Source: Escherichia coli (GTDB lineage: Bacteria; Pseudomonadota; Gammaproteobacteria; Enterobacterales; Enterobacteriaceae). From it: DNA of 64,000 bases. Position 1 is the stretch's first letter, and each line of letters opens with the position of its first letter. Positions 21,019-32,837 of the stretch are shown piece by piece. The position numbers and the translations under genes were made by a program. The stretch lies in assembly GCF_003334255.1 (NCBI RefSeq), contig NZ_QOWU01000006.1; one strand, written 5' to 3'. The notes under the pieces are model-generated. The model worked only from the letters and a program-made list of their open reading frames with translations, was not told the origin of the DNA and did no database searches.

Positions 21019-23451
21019 TTACAGCATATGTTCAGTACGGGCGATGATATCGTCCTGTGCGTCTGGAGAGAGCGCGGTGAAGAAGGCGGAATAGCCCGCG
21101 ACACGCACTACCAGATCGCGGTACTGATCCGGATGTTTTTTCGCCTCCAGCAGCGTTTCGCGGGAAACGATGTTGTACTGAATATGCCAGCCTTTATGCA
21201 CTTCAAAGAAGGTGCGCAGCAGGATCATCAGTTTCTGCTTGTCAGATTCGTTCTCCAGCGTTGCTGGATTCAGTTTCTGGTTGAGCAACACGCCGCCGAG
21301 AATCGCTGCCGTAGGCAGTTTACCCACCGAGCCAATGACCGCAGTAGGGCCAAGATGATCAGTACCGGAAGCCGGGCTTGCGCCTTCTGCCAGCGGGGTG
21401 TGGGCTTTACGCCCGTCCGGTGTTGCCATAGTCTGCGCGCCAAACGGTACGTTAGCGGAGATAGACGACGTACCCGCGTAATAGTTGCCGCCAACCGGAC
21501 CACGACCGTAGCGTGGGTTATGGTACTGTTTCAGTTCGTCGATATAGGTCTGATAAGCGCGAGCCAGCAGCGTATCGACGGTATCATCGTCGTTGCCGTA
21601 CTTCGGCGCACCGTTAATCAGCCGCTGACGCAGTTGCTCATGAGTCAGGCCATCGAAGTCATCCGCCAGTGCGGCAGCCAGCTGTTGCTGACCAATCGCA
21701 CCCTGTTCAAACACCAGTTTCTTCACTGCCGCCAGGCTGTTGCCGAGGTTGGCAATGCCAACCTGCAGGCCAGAAACCCAGTCATATTTCGCGCCGCCTT
21801 GCTTGATACTTTTCGCTCGCTCAATACAGTCATCCACCAGCGCCGAGCAGAGAATATCGTGTACGTTCTCTTCCAGCATGGTGTCGACGACATATTCGAT
21901 TTCGATTGATTTACGCGTGTAATAACGGATTTGCGTATCCCACGCGTCCATTACTTCATCGAAATTGTTAAAGTTGCCTGCCGACAACGCTTTTTCTTGT
22001 GGCAGGAACACTTTGCCGCTGGTGGCATCACGCCCGCCTTCCAGCGCCGCCAGCATCACGCGGGCGAAGTTGATAAAGCTCATGCCGGTACAGCGATAGC
22101 CCCATTTGCCACCGACGGCGGTTTCGATACAACCAATCGCTGCGTAGTCGTAAGCGTCCTGCGGTTCAATACCGAGTTTAATAAATTCCGGGATCACGAT
22201 TTCGTCGTTGTTGAACGCCGGCATCCCGAAGCCGCAACGGATCACCTGTACGCAGGCGTCGAGGAAATCATTACTCATTCCTGCATGGTAACGCACGCTG
22301 AGGTTAGGCTGAGTGGAACGCAGGCGACCGCAGGATTCGAGGATCGCGTAAGAGAGGGGATTCACTGCATCCATTGGTTGACCATCAACCAGATTTTGTC
22401 CGCCAATGGTAACGTTCTGATACAGCGGACTTCCCGCAGAGGCTTTTGAGTGTGAGCCGGAGCGGATCTTGTTCACTTCCAGCAGTTTCAGCCAGCAGCT
22501 ATGCAGCATCTCGATGGCGTGTTCGCGATCCAGCGTCTGGTTGAGTTCAACGTCGCGGCGATAGTACGGGTAGAGATACTGGTCCATACGACCAAACGAT
22601 ACCGAGTGACCGTTAGATTCGATCTGCAAAATCAATTGGATGAAGTAACACAGTTGCAGCGCCTGCCAGAAAGTCTGCGGCGGCTGGTGGGCGATAAGAT
22701 CGCAGTTTTCTGCCATCGTCAGCAGTTCATCGCGACGGCTTTCGCGAGTTTCGGTAGCAGCCATTTCACGCGCCAGGGCAGCGAAACGTTCAATGTGTTC
22801 ACTGACTGCCACCAGCACGATATCAATCGCTTTCAGGAATTGTTCGCCATGTAAATCTTCCAGCACCGTCAGATTGATGCGCGAGCGACGTTCCGCTACT
22901 TTCTCACGCAGACCATCAAGACCTTTTTCCAGCAGCAGCGGGAAATTCACCGCCAGGTGCGCATCGCCGGAGGTCATATTGCCTTCCGCTTTAATGATTC
23001 CGGTCGCCAGCAGACCTTTTTGCTCATCGGTAAACATGCCGTAGCAGCGATCCTGTACGGTCTGACCGCGCCACCACGGGCACACTTCATGCAGAACGCG
23101 TTTGTTCTCTTCGCTCACCGCAAAGCCAGCACCGGGACGATCTGCCAGATCATCAATCTCTTTTTCGATCCACGAGACAGTATATTCCGGGAAGATCGGC
23201 GCGGCGCGAACTTCGCTTGCCTGGTTGCCAATGATCAACTCATCGTGTTTGATCCAGATGGTGCGATTCGCCAGGTGATGCGCCAGTGCCAGCGCGCGAC
23301 GTACCGGGATCGGCTTATCGAGATGTTGTTGATACATCTCGGTATAGTGCTGCGCGCGCTCGGTACAGACTGGCGGTTTCACAATATGCACCAGCGCATT
23401 TTTGTGCGCTTTAATGCGGTCGCTGAGCGTGTCCAGTTTCAGTGTGGTCAT
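21019..23451 (-). CDS. ybiW: Pyruvate formate-lyase-like glycyl radical enzyme YbiW (PflF)
   Basis: 810 aa; C-terminal glycyl-radical motif RVAGYSAFF; PFL-like fold. Confidence 0.92.
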   Translation of the reverse strand: MTTLKLDTLSDRIKAHKNALVHIVKPPVCTERAQHYTEMYQQHLDKPIPVRRALALAHHLANRTIWIKHDELIIGNQASEVRAAPIFPEYTVSWIEKEIDDLADRPGAGFAVSEENKRVLHEVCPWWRGQTVQDRCYGMFTDEQKGLLATGIIKAEGNMTSGDAHLAVNFPLLLEKGLDGLREKVAERRSRINLTVLEDLHGEQFLKAIDIVLVAVSEHIERFAALAREMAATETRESRRDELLTMAENCDLIAHQPPQTFWQALQLCYFIQLILQIESNGHSVSFGRMDQYLYPYYRRDVELNQTLDREHAIEMLHSCWLKLLEVNKIRSGSHSKASAGSPLYQNVTIGGQNLVDGQPMDAVNPLSYAILESCGRLRSTQPNLSVRYHAGMSNDFLDACVQVIRCGFGMPAFNNDEIVIPEFIKLGIEPQDAYDYAAIGCIETAVGGKWGYRCTGMSFINFARVMLAALEGGRDATSGKVFLPQEKALSAGNFNNFDEVMDAWDTQIRYYTRKSIEIEYVVDTMLEENVHDILCSALVDDCIERAKSIKQGGAKYDWVSGLQVGIANLGNSLAAVKKLVFEQGAIGQQQLAAALADDFDGLTHEQLRQRLINGAPKYGNDDDTVDTLLARAYQTYIDELKQYHNPRYGRGPVGGNYYAGTSSISANVPFGAQTMATPDGRKAHTPLAEGASPASGTDHLGPTAVIGSVGKLPTAAILGGVLLNQKLNPATLENESDKQKLMILLRTFFEVHKGWHIQYNIVSRETLLEAKKHPDQYRDLVVRVAGYSAFFTALSPDAQDDIIARTEHML

Positions 23452-23456
23452 GGTTG

Positions 23457-24356
23457 TTATCCTCGTAAGGTCGCGGTTAACCCTTTCTGGCAGGCATACT
23501 GCTGGGCAAAGTCGAGCAGTTCTGGCGCATCAAGCGGTTTTTCCGGGGCGTCATAGGGCAGATTAAGTAAGTGATATTTGTTGATGCCCAGCGTGTGGTA
23601 GGGCAGAAAATGAATTTCGCCAACGTGCAGCTCGTCGGCGGCAAAATCGGTAATGGCTTTTACAGAGGTTTCGTCGGCATTAAAGCCCTGAATCAGCGGC
23701 ACGCGGATAATGATTTTTTTGCCCGCTGCGGCGAGTTTTTTCAGGTTATCCAGCACTCTGGCGGCGTTACCGTCGGTCCACTGTTTAAACGGCGCGTCGG
23801 CAACGTGTTTTAAATCGGCAAGAAACAGATCGATATAGGGCAGAGAAGGGGCGATATATTTCCACGGCACATGCAGACAGGTTTCTACCGCAGTATGAAT
23901 GCCTGCCTCGTGGCTGGCTTGCAGTAGCGCCATCGCCATTTCCGGCTGCATAAAGGGCTCACCACCCGAAAGCGTTAAACCGCCGCCGCTGCGATCGTAA
24001 AACGGTTTATCGCGCAGAACGGTCGTCATGATCTCCTCAACGCTTTTCACTTCACCACACACGGTTAATGCCTGTGTCGGACAGCAGTCGGTTAACGCCG
24101 TCAGATGCTCCGGGGTTAACTTTTCCCGATGAATAAGCAAACCATTCAGCGCGCGCTCAATCACTTCCGGCGCGGCCTTAGCGCACAGCTCGCAGCCTTC
24201 CAGACACAGTCGTGCGTCATACAGCAGATCCTGCGTGCGGGCGCGGCTTTCCGGGTTCTGACACCAGCGGCAGCCCAGCGAACAGCCTTTAAGAAATACG
24301 ACCGTGCGGATACCGGGGCCATCATGGGTCGAGTAGCGCTGAATATTGAAAATCAT
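23457..24356 (-). CDS. ybiY: Glycyl-radical enzyme activating enzyme YbiY (PflE; radical SAM)
   Basis: 299-aa product from ATG 24356 (GAGAGG RBS); CX3CX2C radical-SAM cluster CSLGCRWC plus additional Cys-rich segment. Track ORF starts 9 codons upstream without an RBS. Confidence 0.85.
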
Positions 24357-24486
24357 AGTTGCCTCTCTGTTTCGTTCAAACATTAAAATACTTTCGAATG
24401 AAAGTTAGATTGATGTGCGTCAACTGTTCAGAGAGTTTTCCCGTGATAGTCTACATTCAGACAAAAAGTACATTTTGAGGATGGTT

Positions 24487-25149
24487 ATGGAACTGTATCT
24501 GGATACTTCAGACGTTGTTGCGGTGAAGGCGCTGTCACGTATTTTTCCGCTGGCGGGTGTGACCACTAACCCAAGCATTATCGCCGCGGGTAAAAAACCG
24601 CTGGATGTTGTGCTTCCGCAACTTCATGAAGCGATGGGCGGTCAGGGGCGTCTGTTTGCCCAGGTAATGGCTACCACTGCTGAAGGGATGGTGAATGACG
24701 CACGTAAATTGCGTTCTATTATTGCGGATATCGTGGTGAAAGTTCCGGTGACCGCCGAGGGGCTGGCAGCTATTAAGATGTTAAAAGCGGAAGGGATTCC
24801 AACGCTGGGAACCGCGGTATATGGCGCAGCACAAGGGCTGCTGTCGGCGCTGGCAGGTGCGGAATATGTTGCGCCTTACGTTAATCGTATTGATGCTCAG
24901 GGCGGTAGCGGCATTCAGACTGTGACCGACTTACACCAGTTATTGAAAATGCATGCGCCGCAGGCGAAAGTGCTGGCAGCGAGTTTCAAAACCCCGCGTC
25001 AGGCGCTGGACTGCTTACTGGCAGGATGTGAATCAATTACGCTGCCACTGGATGTGGCACAACAGATGATTAGCTATCCGGCGGTGGAAGCCGCTGTGGC
25101 GAAGTTTGAACAGGACTGGCTGGGAGCGTTTGGCAGAACGTCGATTTAA
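24487..25149 (+). CDS. fsaA: Fructose-6-phosphate aldolase 1 (transaldolase-like)
   Basis: 220-aa product [30 protein letters not shown]...; ATG 24487 with GAGG RBS. Track ORF start 24415 is an extension. Confidence 0.9.
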   Translation: MELYLDTSDVVAVKALSRIFPLAGVTTNPSIIAAGKKPLDVVLPQLHEAMGGQGRLFAQVMATTAEGMVNDARKLRSIIADIVVKVPVTAEGLAAIKMLKAEGIPTLGTAVYGAAQGLLSALAGAEYVAPYVNRIDAQGGSGIQTVTDLHQLLKMHAPQAKVLAASFKTPRQALDCLLAGCESITLPLDVAQQMISYPAVEAAVAKFEQDWLGAFGRTSI

Positions 25150-25233
25150 CCGGACGTTCTGCATCCTCATAAATTGCTGATGACGTGGCGGAGTGCACCG
25201 ATGCCTGCCGCGCTTGGAAATCTGTGCCCGAAC

Positions 25234-25318
25234 CGTAGGCCAGATAAGGCGTTCACGCCGCATCTGGCGTCTGGAGCAAATGCCTGATGCGACGCTTGTC
25301 GCGTCTTATCAGGCCTGG
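25234..25318. repeat. REP/BIME cluster between convergent fsaA and moeB
   Basis: CGTAGGCCAGATAAGGCGTTCACGCCGCATCTGGC and GCCTGATGCGACGCTTGTCGCGTCTTATCAGGCC. Confidence 0.9.
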
Positions 25319-25327
25319 AGGTGGCAA

Positions 25328-26077
25328 TTACTGCCCGCACACCTCACACCCCGGATTGCGCATCAGTTTCATTTCGCGAAACTGACAGGTCATCGCATCG
25401 TACATGACGATTTTCCCGCTGGCCGGTTTGCCATAACCTGCCAGCAGTTTGATCGCTTCCATTGCCTGCAACGAACCAATTACGCCGATCAACGGTGCCA
25501 TCACGCCTGCTTCTACGCAGGTTAATGCGTTCTCGCCAAACAAACGGCTAAGGCAGCGATAGCACGGTTCGCCGTCCTGATAAGTGAAGACCGTGATTTG
25601 CCCTTCCATACGAATTGCCGCGCCGGAAACCAGCGGCACCTTCGCGGCAAAACAGCCTGCGTTCAGTTGATTACGTACCGCAACGTTATCCGTACAGTCG
25701 AGCACCAGATCGTGTTCAGCAATCAATGCTGCAAGTTCTGCGTCATCTAGCAGTGCATTGACTGGCGTAATCGCGATATGTGGGTTGATCCGCGTCAGGG
25801 CGTAACGGGCGGATTCCACCTTCGGTTGCCCGACCGTGGCATCACTGTGCAGTGTCTGGCGTTGCAGATTCGAGAGCGAAACCGTGTCGAAGTCGAGCAG
25901 CGTCAGGTTGCCGACACCGGCGCTTGCCAGATACTGCGAAGCTGCGCAGCCGAGTCCACCGAGGCCGACTACCAGCACACGAGAATCTTTTAGCGCCTCC
26001 TGACCGTCAAAATCAAAACCGCGCAGAATGATTTGCCGGTTGTAGCGCAGCATCTCCTGATCGCTGAGTTCCGCCAT
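25328..26077 (-). CDS. moeB: Molybdopterin-synthase adenylyltransferase MoeB (ThiF/E1-like)
   Basis: 249 aa; nucleotide-binding GLGGLGC motif and C-terminal CXXC pairs. Confidence 0.95.
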   Translation of the reverse strand: MAELSDQEMLRYNRQIILRGFDFDGQEALKDSRVLVVGLGGLGCAASQYLASAGVGNLTLLDFDTVSLSNLQRQTLHSDATVGQPKVESARYALTRINPHIAITPVNALLDDAELAALIAEHDLVLDCTDNVAVRNQLNAGCFAAKVPLVSGAAIRMEGQITVFTYQDGEPCYRCLSRLFGENALTCVEAGVMAPLIGVIGSLQAMEAIKLLAGYGKPASGKIVMYDAMTCQFREMKLMRNPGCEVCGQ

Positions 26078-27312
26078 TACAGGCCTCCGAACAACGCGTT
26101 AAACGGTTCTACTTCCACCCATTCGCCCACGTCCACATTGCCGCGATCGCGTTCCAGCACGATAAAGCAGTTGCCGAGACTAAAGGAGCTAAATATATGT
26201 GAACCCTGATGTCCGGTGGTCGTCACTTCAAGTTCACCGTCGGCGTTGCGTTGCAGCACGCCGCGCTGGAAATCAAGACGTCCTGGCGTTTTTTTCAGGC
26301 GGGACGCTGTGCGTACGCGCTGGCGCGCGGGCAGGCCGCTGGCGGTGTTGCCGCTTAGTTTTGCCAGCAAAGGCTGTACCAGTTGATAGAAGGTCAGCGT
26401 CGCTGAAACCGGGTTGCCCGGCAGGCCGCAGAACCAGCTATTAGAAAGTTTACCGAACGCGAACGGTTTACCCGGTTTAATCGCCAGCTTCCAGAAGGCG
26501 ATCTCCCCCAGCTCTTCAAGAATGGTTTTGGTGTAATCCGCTTCACCCACTGAAACACCGCCGGAACTGATCACCACATCCGCCTGGCTGTCGGCTTCAA
26601 TAAATGCGGCGCGCAGGGCATGTGGATCGTCGCGGATAATCCCTAAGTTGATTACCTCGCATCCCAACTGTTCTAACATCAGGTGTACGGCGAGACGGTT
26701 GGTATCGTAGATTTGGCCATCGCCCAGTGGCTGACCGGGCAACTGGAGTTCATCACCGGTAGAAAAAAGCGCTACACGCACTTTACGAATCACCGGAACT
26801 TCGGCAATCCCCAGTGAAGCAATCACTGGCAGTTCAGCGGTAGTCAGGCGAGTTCCCGCCGGGAAAACAACCGCACCTGCAGAGATATCTTCACCGCGAC
26901 GGCGAATATTTTGCCCGCTACGCACTTCAGCAGTAAAACGCACGCCATTGTCCGTTTGTTCAGTCTGCTCCTGCATCACCACCGCTTCGCAGCCTTCCGG
27001 CACCGGCGCACCGGTCATAATACGAATGCAGGTACCCGCAGGCCATTCACCATGGTACGGCTGACCGGCAAAGGATTTACCGGCAACGGGCAGCGGTTGC
27101 CTGGAGGCAATATCGGCTAAACGCACCGCGTAGCCGTCCATTGCGGAGTTATCAAACCCCGGAACATCAAGCGGCGAAACGACATCGCTCGCCAGAATAC
27201 GACCAAAACACTGTACCAGTGGCAGCGTTTCCTGGGCGGTCAGTGGGGTGACGCGAGAAAGCATCTCATTAAGCGCGGTGTCGAGCGACATCAATCCGGT
27301 GGTAAATTCCAT
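26077..27312 (-). CDS. moeA: Molybdopterin molybdenumtransferase MoeA
   Basis: 411 aa; MoeA fold; stop overlaps moeB start by 1 nt. Confidence 0.95.
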   Translation of the reverse strand: MEFTTGLMSLDTALNEMLSRVTPLTAQETLPLVQCFGRILASDVVSPLDVPGFDNSAMDGYAVRLADIASRQPLPVAGKSFAGQPYHGEWPAGTCIRIMTGAPVPEGCEAVVMQEQTEQTDNGVRFTAEVRSGQNIRRRGEDISAGAVVFPAGTRLTTAELPVIASLGIAEVPVIRKVRVALFSTGDELQLPGQPLGDGQIYDTNRLAVHLMLEQLGCEVINLGIIRDDPHALRAAFIEADSQADVVISSGGVSVGEADYTKTILEELGEIAFWKLAIKPGKPFAFGKLSNSWFCGLPGNPVSATLTFYQLVQPLLAKLSGNTASGLPARQRVRTASRLKKTPGRLDFQRGVLQRNADGELEVTTTGHQGSHIFSSFSLGNCFIVLERDRGNVDVGEWVEVEPFNALFGGL

Positions 27313-27515
27313 GAAAACACTCCTTCGGAGGCAAAATCGAATTTGCCTATTATGTCAGAAAAACGCCACAGACTGTATGCCACCTCGGGCGTAGCGTTGG
27401 CTCCTGCCTTTACATGCCATATCCATCTTTCTATATTCAAAAATTGAATGAGTAATTCATAAAAATTCTGATATTTATAGCAAAAGTGGCGAGCCACCCT
27501 TAATGGACGAATACT

Positions 27516-28481
27516 ATGGGCAAAGCAGTCATTGCAATTCATGGTGGCGCAGGTGCAATTAGCCGCGCGCAGATGAGTCTGCAACAGGAATTACGCTACA
27601 TTGAGGCGTTGTCTGCCATTGTTGAAACCGGGCAGAAAATGCTGGAAGCGGGCGAAAGTGCGCTGGATGTGGTGACGGAAGCGGTGCGTCTGCTGGAAGA
27701 GTGTCCACTGTTTAACGCCGGAATTGGCGCTGTCTTTACGCGTGATGAAACCCATGAACTGGACGCCTGTGTGATGGATGGTAACACCCTGAAAGCCGGT
27801 GCGGTGGCGGGCGTTAGTCATCTGCGTAATCCGGTTCTTGCCGCCCGGCTGGTGATGGAGCAAAGCCCGCATGTGATGATGATTGGCGAAGGGGCAGAAA
27901 ATTTTGCGTTTGCTCGTGGCATGGAGCGCGTCTCGCCGGAGATTTTCTCCACGCCTTTGCGTTATGAACAACTACTGGCAGCGCGCAAGGAAGGGGCAAC
28001 CGTCCTCGACCATAGCGGTGCGCCACTGGATGAAAAACAGAAAATGGGCACCGTGGGGGCCGTGGCGTTGGATTTAGACGGCAATTTGGCGGCAGCCACG
28101 TCCACAGGCGGAATGACCAATAAATTACCCGGACGAGTTGGCGATAGTCCCTTAGTGGGTGCCGGATGCTACGCCAATAACGCCAGTGTGGCGGTTTCTT
28201 GTACCGGCACGGGCGAAGTCTTCATCCGCGCGCTGGCGGCATATGACATCGCCGCGTTAATGGATTACGGCGGATTAAGTCTCGCGGAAGCCTGCGAGCG
28301 GGTAGTAATGGAAAAACTCCCTGCGCTTGGCGGTAGCGGTGGCTTAATCGCTATCGACCATGAAGGGAATGTCGCGCTACCGTTTAACACCGAAGGAATG
28401 TATCGCGCCTGGGGCTACGCAGGCGATACGCCAACCACCGGTATCTACCGTGAAAAAGGGGACACCGTTGCCACACAGTGA
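27516..28481 (+). CDS. iaaA: Isoaspartyl dipeptidase / L-asparaginase IaaA (Ntn-hydrolase)
   Basis: 321 aa; autoproteolytic GT motif ([10 protein letters not shown]) typical of plant-type asparaginases. Confidence 0.93.
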   Translation: MGKAVIAIHGGAGAISRAQMSLQQELRYIEALSAIVETGQKMLEAGESALDVVTEAVRLLEECPLFNAGIGAVFTRDETHELDACVMDGNTLKAGAVAGVSHLRNPVLAARLVMEQSPHVMMIGEGAENFAFARGMERVSPEIFSTPLRYEQLLAARKEGATVLDHSGAPLDEKQKMGTVGAVALDLDGNLAAATSTGGMTNKLPGRVGDSPLVGAGCYANNASVAVSCTGTGEVFIRALAAYDIAALMDYGGLSLAEACERVVMEKLPALGGSGGLIAIDHEGNVALPFNTEGMYRAWGYAGDTPTTGIYREKGDTVATQ

Positions 28482-30339
28482 TGAACTTGATGCCGGTAAT
28501 GTGCTGGCGGTTGAAAATCTGAATATTGCCTTTATGCAGGACCAGCAGAAAATAGCTGCGGTCCGCAATCTCTCTTTTAGTCTGCAACGCGGTGAGACGC
28601 TGGCAATTGTTGGCGAATCCGGCTCCGGTAAGTCAGTGACTGCGTTGGCATTGATGCGCCTGTTGGAACAGGCGGGCGGTTTAGTACAGTGCGATAAAAT
28701 GCTGTTGCAGCGGCGCAGTCGCGAAGTGATTGAACTTAGCGAGCAGAGCGCTGCACAAATGCGCCATGTTCGCGGTGCGGATATGGCGATGATATTTCAG
28801 GAGCCGATGACATCGCTGAACCCGGTATTTACTGTGGGTGAACAGATTGCCGAATCAATTCGTCTGCATCAGAACGCCAGTCGTGAAGAAGCGATGGTCG
28901 AGGCGAAGCGGATGCTGGATCAGGTACGCATTCCTGAGGCACAAACCATTCTTTCACGTTATCCGCATCAACTCTCTGGCGGGATGCGCCAGCGAGTGAT
29001 GATTGCGATGGCGCTGTCATGCCGCCCGGCGGTGCTGATTGCCGATGAGCCAACCACCGCGCTGGATGTCACTATTCAGGCGCAGATCCTGCAATTAATC
29101 AAAGTATTGCAAAAAGAGATGTCGATGGGCGTTATCTTTATCACTCACGATATGGGCGTGGTGGCAGAGATTGCCGATCGGGTACTGGTGATGTATCAGG
29201 GCGAGGCGGTGGAAACGGGTACCGTCGAACAGATTTTTCATGCACCGCAACATCCTTACACCCGTGCGCTGTTAGCTGCTGTTCCGCAACTTGGTGCGAT
29301 GAAAGGGTTAGATTATCCCCGACGTTTCCCGTTGATATCGCTTGAACATCCAGCGAAACAGGCCCCCCCCATCGAGCAGAAAACGGTGGTGGATGGCGAA
29401 CCTGTTTTACGAGTGCGTAATCTTGTCACCCGTTTCCCTTTGCGCAGCGGTTTGTTGAATCGCGTAACGCGGGAAGTGCATGCCGTTGAGAAAGTCAGTT
29501 TTGATCTCTGGCCTGGCGAAACGCTATCGCTGGTGGGCGAGTCTGGCAGCGGTAAATCCACTACCGGGCGGGCGTTGCTGCGCCTGGTCGAATCGCAGGG
29601 CGGCGAAATTATCTTTAACGGTCAGAGAATCGATACCTTGTCACCCGGCAAACTTCAGGCATTGCGCCGGGATATTCAGTTTATTTTTCAGGACCCTTAC
29701 GCTTCGCTGGACCCACGTCAGACCATCGGTGATTCGATTATCGAACCGCTGCGTGTACACGGTTTATTGCCAGGTAAAGACGCGGCTGCACGCGTTGCGT
29801 GGTTGCTGGAGCGCGTGGGCCTGTTACCTGAACATGCCTGGCGTTACCCGCATGAGTTTTCCGGCGGTCAGCGCCAGCGCATCTGCATTGCTCGCGCGTT
29901 GGCATTGAATCCAAAAGTGATCATTGCCGACGAAGCCGTTTCGGCGCTGGATGTTTCTATTCGCGGGCAGATTATCAACTTGTTGCTCGATCTCCAGCGT
30001 GATTTCGGCATTGCGTATCTGTTTATCTCCCACGATATGGCCGTGGTAGAGCGGATTAGTCATCGTGTGGCGGTGATGTATCTCGGGCAAATTGTTGAAA
30101 TTGGTCCACGGCGCGCGGTCTTCGAAAACCCGCAGCATCCTTATACGCGTAAATTACTGGCGGCAGTTCCGGTCGCTGAACCGTCCCGACAACGACCGCA
30201 GCGTGTACTGCTGTCGGACGATCTTCCCAGCAATATTCATCTGCGTGGCGAAGAGGTGGCAGCCGTCTCGTTGCAATGCGTCGGGCCGGGGCATTACGTC
30301 GCACAACCACAATCAGAATACGCATTCATGCGTAGATAA
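28468..30339 (+). CDS. gsiA: Glutathione ABC importer ATP-binding protein GsiA (fused double ABC ATPase)
   Basis: 623-aa product beginning at TTG 28468 (AAAAAGGGGA RBS upstream), read as [12 protein letters not shown]...; two Walker A motifs (GESGSGKS twice). Start overlaps the iaaA 3' end by 14 nt; the start codon choice is the main uncertainty. Confidence 0.8.
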   Translation: MPHSDELDAGNVLAVENLNIAFMQDQQKIAAVRNLSFSLQRGETLAIVGESGSGKSVTALALMRLLEQAGGLVQCDKMLLQRRSREVIELSEQSAAQMRHVRGADMAMIFQEPMTSLNPVFTVGEQIAESIRLHQNASREEAMVEAKRMLDQVRIPEAQTILSRYPHQLSGGMRQRVMIAMALSCRPAVLIADEPTTALDVTIQAQILQLIKVLQKEMSMGVIFITHDMGVVAEIADRVLVMYQGEAVETGTVEQIFHAPQHPYTRALLAAVPQLGAMKGLDYPRRFPLISLEHPAKQAPPIEQKTVVDGEPVLRVRNLVTRFPLRSGLLNRVTREVHAVEKVSFDLWPGETLSLVGESGSGKSTTGRALLRLVESQGGEIIFNGQRIDTLSPGKLQALRRDIQFIFQDPYASLDPRQTIGDSIIEPLRVHGLLPGKDAAARVAWLLERVGLLPEHAWRYPHEFSGGQRQRICIARALALNPKVIIADEAVSALDVSIRGQIINLLLDLQRDFGIAYLFISHDMAVVERISHRVAVMYLGQIVEIGPRRAVFENPQHPYTRKLLAAVPVAEPSRQRPQRVLLSDDLPSNIHLRGEEVAAVSLQCVGPGHYVAQPQSEYAFMRR

Positions 30340-30358
30340 CATTCAGGCGGAGAATAAA

Positions 30359-31897
30359 ATGGCAAGAGCTGTACACCGTAGTGGGTTAGTGGCGCTGGGC
30401 ATTGCGACAGCGTTGATGGCATCTTGTGCATTCGCTGCCAAAGATGTGGTGGTGGCGGTAGGATCGAATTTCACCACGCTCGATCCGTATGACGCAAATG
30501 ACACGTTATCTCAGGCCGTAGCGAAATCGTTTTACCAGGGGCTGTTCGGTCTGGATAAAGAGATGAAACTGAAAAACGTGCTGGCGGAGAGTTATACCGT
30601 TTCCGATGACGGCATTACTTACATCGTGAAATTGCGGGAAGGAATTAAATTCCAGGATGGCACCGATTTCAACGCAGTGGCGGTAAAAGCGAATCTGGAC
30701 CGGGCCAGCGATCCGGCGAATCATCTTAAACGCTATAACCTGTATAAGAATATTGCCAAAACGGAGGCGATCGATCCGACAACGGTAAAGATTACCCTCA
30801 AACAGCCGTTCTCAGCGTTTATTAATATTCTTGCCCATCCGGCGACCGCGATGATTTCACCGGCAGCGCTGGAAAAATATGGCAAGGAGATTGGTTTTCA
30901 TCCGGTGGGAACCGGACCGTATGAACTGGATACCTGGAATCAGACCGATTTTGTGAAGGTGAAAAAATTCGCGGGTTACTGGCAGCCAGGATTGCCCAAA
31001 CTGGACAGCATAACCTGGCGTCCGGTGGCGGATAACAACACCCGCGCGGCAATGCTGCAAACCGGTGAAGCGCAGTTTGCTTTCCCCATTCCCTACGAGC
31101 AGGCCACACTGCTGGAGAAAAACAAAAATATCGAGTTGATGGCCAGTCCGTCAATTATGCAGCGTTATATCAGTATGAACGTGACGCAAAAGCCGTTCGA
31201 TAACCCGAAGGTCCGTGAGGCGCTGAATTACGCCATTAACCGTCCGGCGCTGGTGAAAGTTGCCTTTGCGGGCTATGCAACGCCAGCTACTGGTGTGGTA
31301 CCGCCAAGTATCGCCTACGCGCAAAGTTATAAACCGTGGCCTTACGATCCAGTGAAAGCGCGCGAATTACTGAAAGAGGCGGGATATCCCAACGGTTTCA
31401 GTACCACGCTGTGGTCGTCACATAACCACAGCACCGCGCAGAAAGTGCTGCAATTTACCCAGCAGCAGTTAGCGCAGGTCGGGATTAAAGCCCAGGTGAC
31501 CGCGATGGATGCCGGACAGCGGGCGGCAGAAGTTGAAGGTAAAGGGCAAAAAGAGAGCGGCGTGCGGATGTTCTACACTGGCTGGTCGGCTTCAACCGGC
31601 GAAGCGGACTGGGCGCTATCGCCACTGTTCGCCTCGCAAAACTGGCCACCGACGCTGTTTAATACCGCATTTTACAGCAATAAACAGGTGGACGACTTCC
31701 TGGCTCAGGCACTGAAAACTAATGATCCGGCGGAAAAGACCCGCTTGTATAAGGCGGCGCAGGATATCATCTGGCAAGAGTCGCCGTGGATCCCGCTGGT
31801 GGTAGAAAAACTGGTGTCGGCACACAGTAAAAACCTGACCGGTTTTTGGATCATGCCAGACACCGGCTTCAGCTTTGAAGACGCGGATTTGCAATAA
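30359..31897 (+). CDS. gsiB: Periplasmic glutathione-binding protein GsiB
   Basis: 512-aa product [26 protein letters not shown] (signal peptide), family-5 SBP; ATG 30359 after GGCGGAGAA RBS. Track ORF from 30092 is a spurious upstream extension overlapping gsiA. Confidence 0.93.
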   Translation: MARAVHRSGLVALGIATALMASCAFAAKDVVVAVGSNFTTLDPYDANDTLSQAVAKSFYQGLFGLDKEMKLKNVLAESYTVSDDGITYIVKLREGIKFQDGTDFNAVAVKANLDRASDPANHLKRYNLYKNIAKTEAIDPTTVKITLKQPFSAFINILAHPATAMISPAALEKYGKEIGFHPVGTGPYELDTWNQTDFVKVKKFAGYWQPGLPKLDSITWRPVADNNTRAAMLQTGEAQFAFPIPYEQATLLEKNKNIELMASPSIMQRYISMNVTQKPFDNPKVREALNYAINRPALVKVAFAGYATPATGVVPPSIAYAQSYKPWPYDPVKARELLKEAGYPNGFSTTLWSSHNHSTAQKVLQFTQQQLAQVGIKAQVTAMDAGQRAAEVEGKGQKESGVRMFYTGWSASTGEADWALSPLFASQNWPPTLFNTAFYSNKQVDDFLAQALKTNDPAEKTRLYKAAQDIIWQESPWIPLVVEKLVSAHSKNLTGFWIMPDTGFSFEDADLQ

Positions 31898-31914
31898 GCA
31901 ACGCAGGGAGTGGA

Positions 31915-32835
31915 ATGCTTAATTACGTTATCAAACGCTTACTGGGGTTGATTCCGACGCTGTTTATCGTCTCGGTGCTGGTGTTTTTATTTGTGCATAT
32001 GCTGCCCGGCGATCCGGCGCGATTGATTGCCGGGCCCGAAGCTGATGCGCAGGTTATAGAACTGGTGCGTCAGCAGCTGGGGTTGGATCAGCCGCTGTAT
32101 CACCAGTTCTGGCACTATATCAGCAATGCTGTGCAGGGGGATTTTGGCCTGTCGATGGTGTCGCGTCGTCCGGTTGCCGATGAGATTGCCAGCCGCTTTA
32201 TGCCAACGCTGTGGCTGACCATAACCAGTATGGTCTGGGCGGTGATATTTGGTATGGCGGCGGGAATTATCGCCGCCGTCTGGCGTAATCGTTGGCCGGA
32301 TCGATTGAGTATGACCATTGCGGTGTCGGGGATCTCGTTTCCGGCATTTGCGCTGGGGATGCTTTTAATTCAGGTATTCTCCGTTGAACTGGGCTGGCTG
32401 CCTACCGTGGGAGCAGACAGTTGGCAGCACTACATTTTACCCTCCCTGACGCTCGGCGCGGCAGTGGCAGCCGTGATGGCGCGCTTTACCCGCGCGTCGT
32501 TTGTCGATGTTTTAAGCGAAGATTATATGCGTACCGCGAGGGCGAAAGGGGTGAGCGAAACCTGGGTTGTCCTCAAACACGGGCTACGTAACGCGATGAT
32601 CCCGGTAGTGACCATGATGGGCTTACAGTTTGGCTTTTTGCTCGGTGGTTCTATCGTGGTGGAGAAAGTTTTCAACTGGCCCGGACTTGGACGCTTACTC
32701 GTTGACTCCGTAGAAATGCGCGATTACCCGGTGATTCAGGCGGAAATTCTGCTTTTCTCGCTGGAATTTATTCTTATCAACTTAGTGGTGGATGTGCTTT
32801 ACGCCGCCATTAACCCGGCTATCAGGTACAAGTAA
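31915..32835 (+). CDS. gsiC: Glutathione ABC transporter permease GsiC
   Basis: 306 aa; DppB/OppB-like permease. Confidence 0.93.
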   Translation: MLNYVIKRLLGLIPTLFIVSVLVFLFVHMLPGDPARLIAGPEADAQVIELVRQQLGLDQPLYHQFWHYISNAVQGDFGLSMVSRRPVADEIASRFMPTLWLTITSMVWAVIFGMAAGIIAAVWRNRWPDRLSMTIAVSGISFPAFALGMLLIQVFSVELGWLPTVGADSWQHYILPSLTLGAAVAAVMARFTRASFVDVLSEDYMRTARAKGVSETWVVLKHGLRNAMIPVVTMMGLQFGFLLGGSIVVEKVFNWPGLGRLLVDSVEMRDYPVIQAEILLFSLEFILINLVVDVLYAAINPAIRYK

Positions 32836-32837
32836 GG

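Noticed and set aside
20058-24356. ybiV-ybiW-ybiY as a candidate novel defence or toxin system
   Set aside because: All three products have clear metabolic-enzyme hallmarks (HAD phosphatase, glycyl radical enzyme, radical-SAM activase), and the block is colinear with core K-12 genome; nothing suggests a mobile or defence context.
30092-30358. Track ORF extending gsiB 89 codons upstream into gsiA
   Set aside because: The extension overlaps the 3' end of gsiA in another frame; the signal-peptide-bearing start MARAVHRSG... at 30359 with an upstream RBS is the sensible start.
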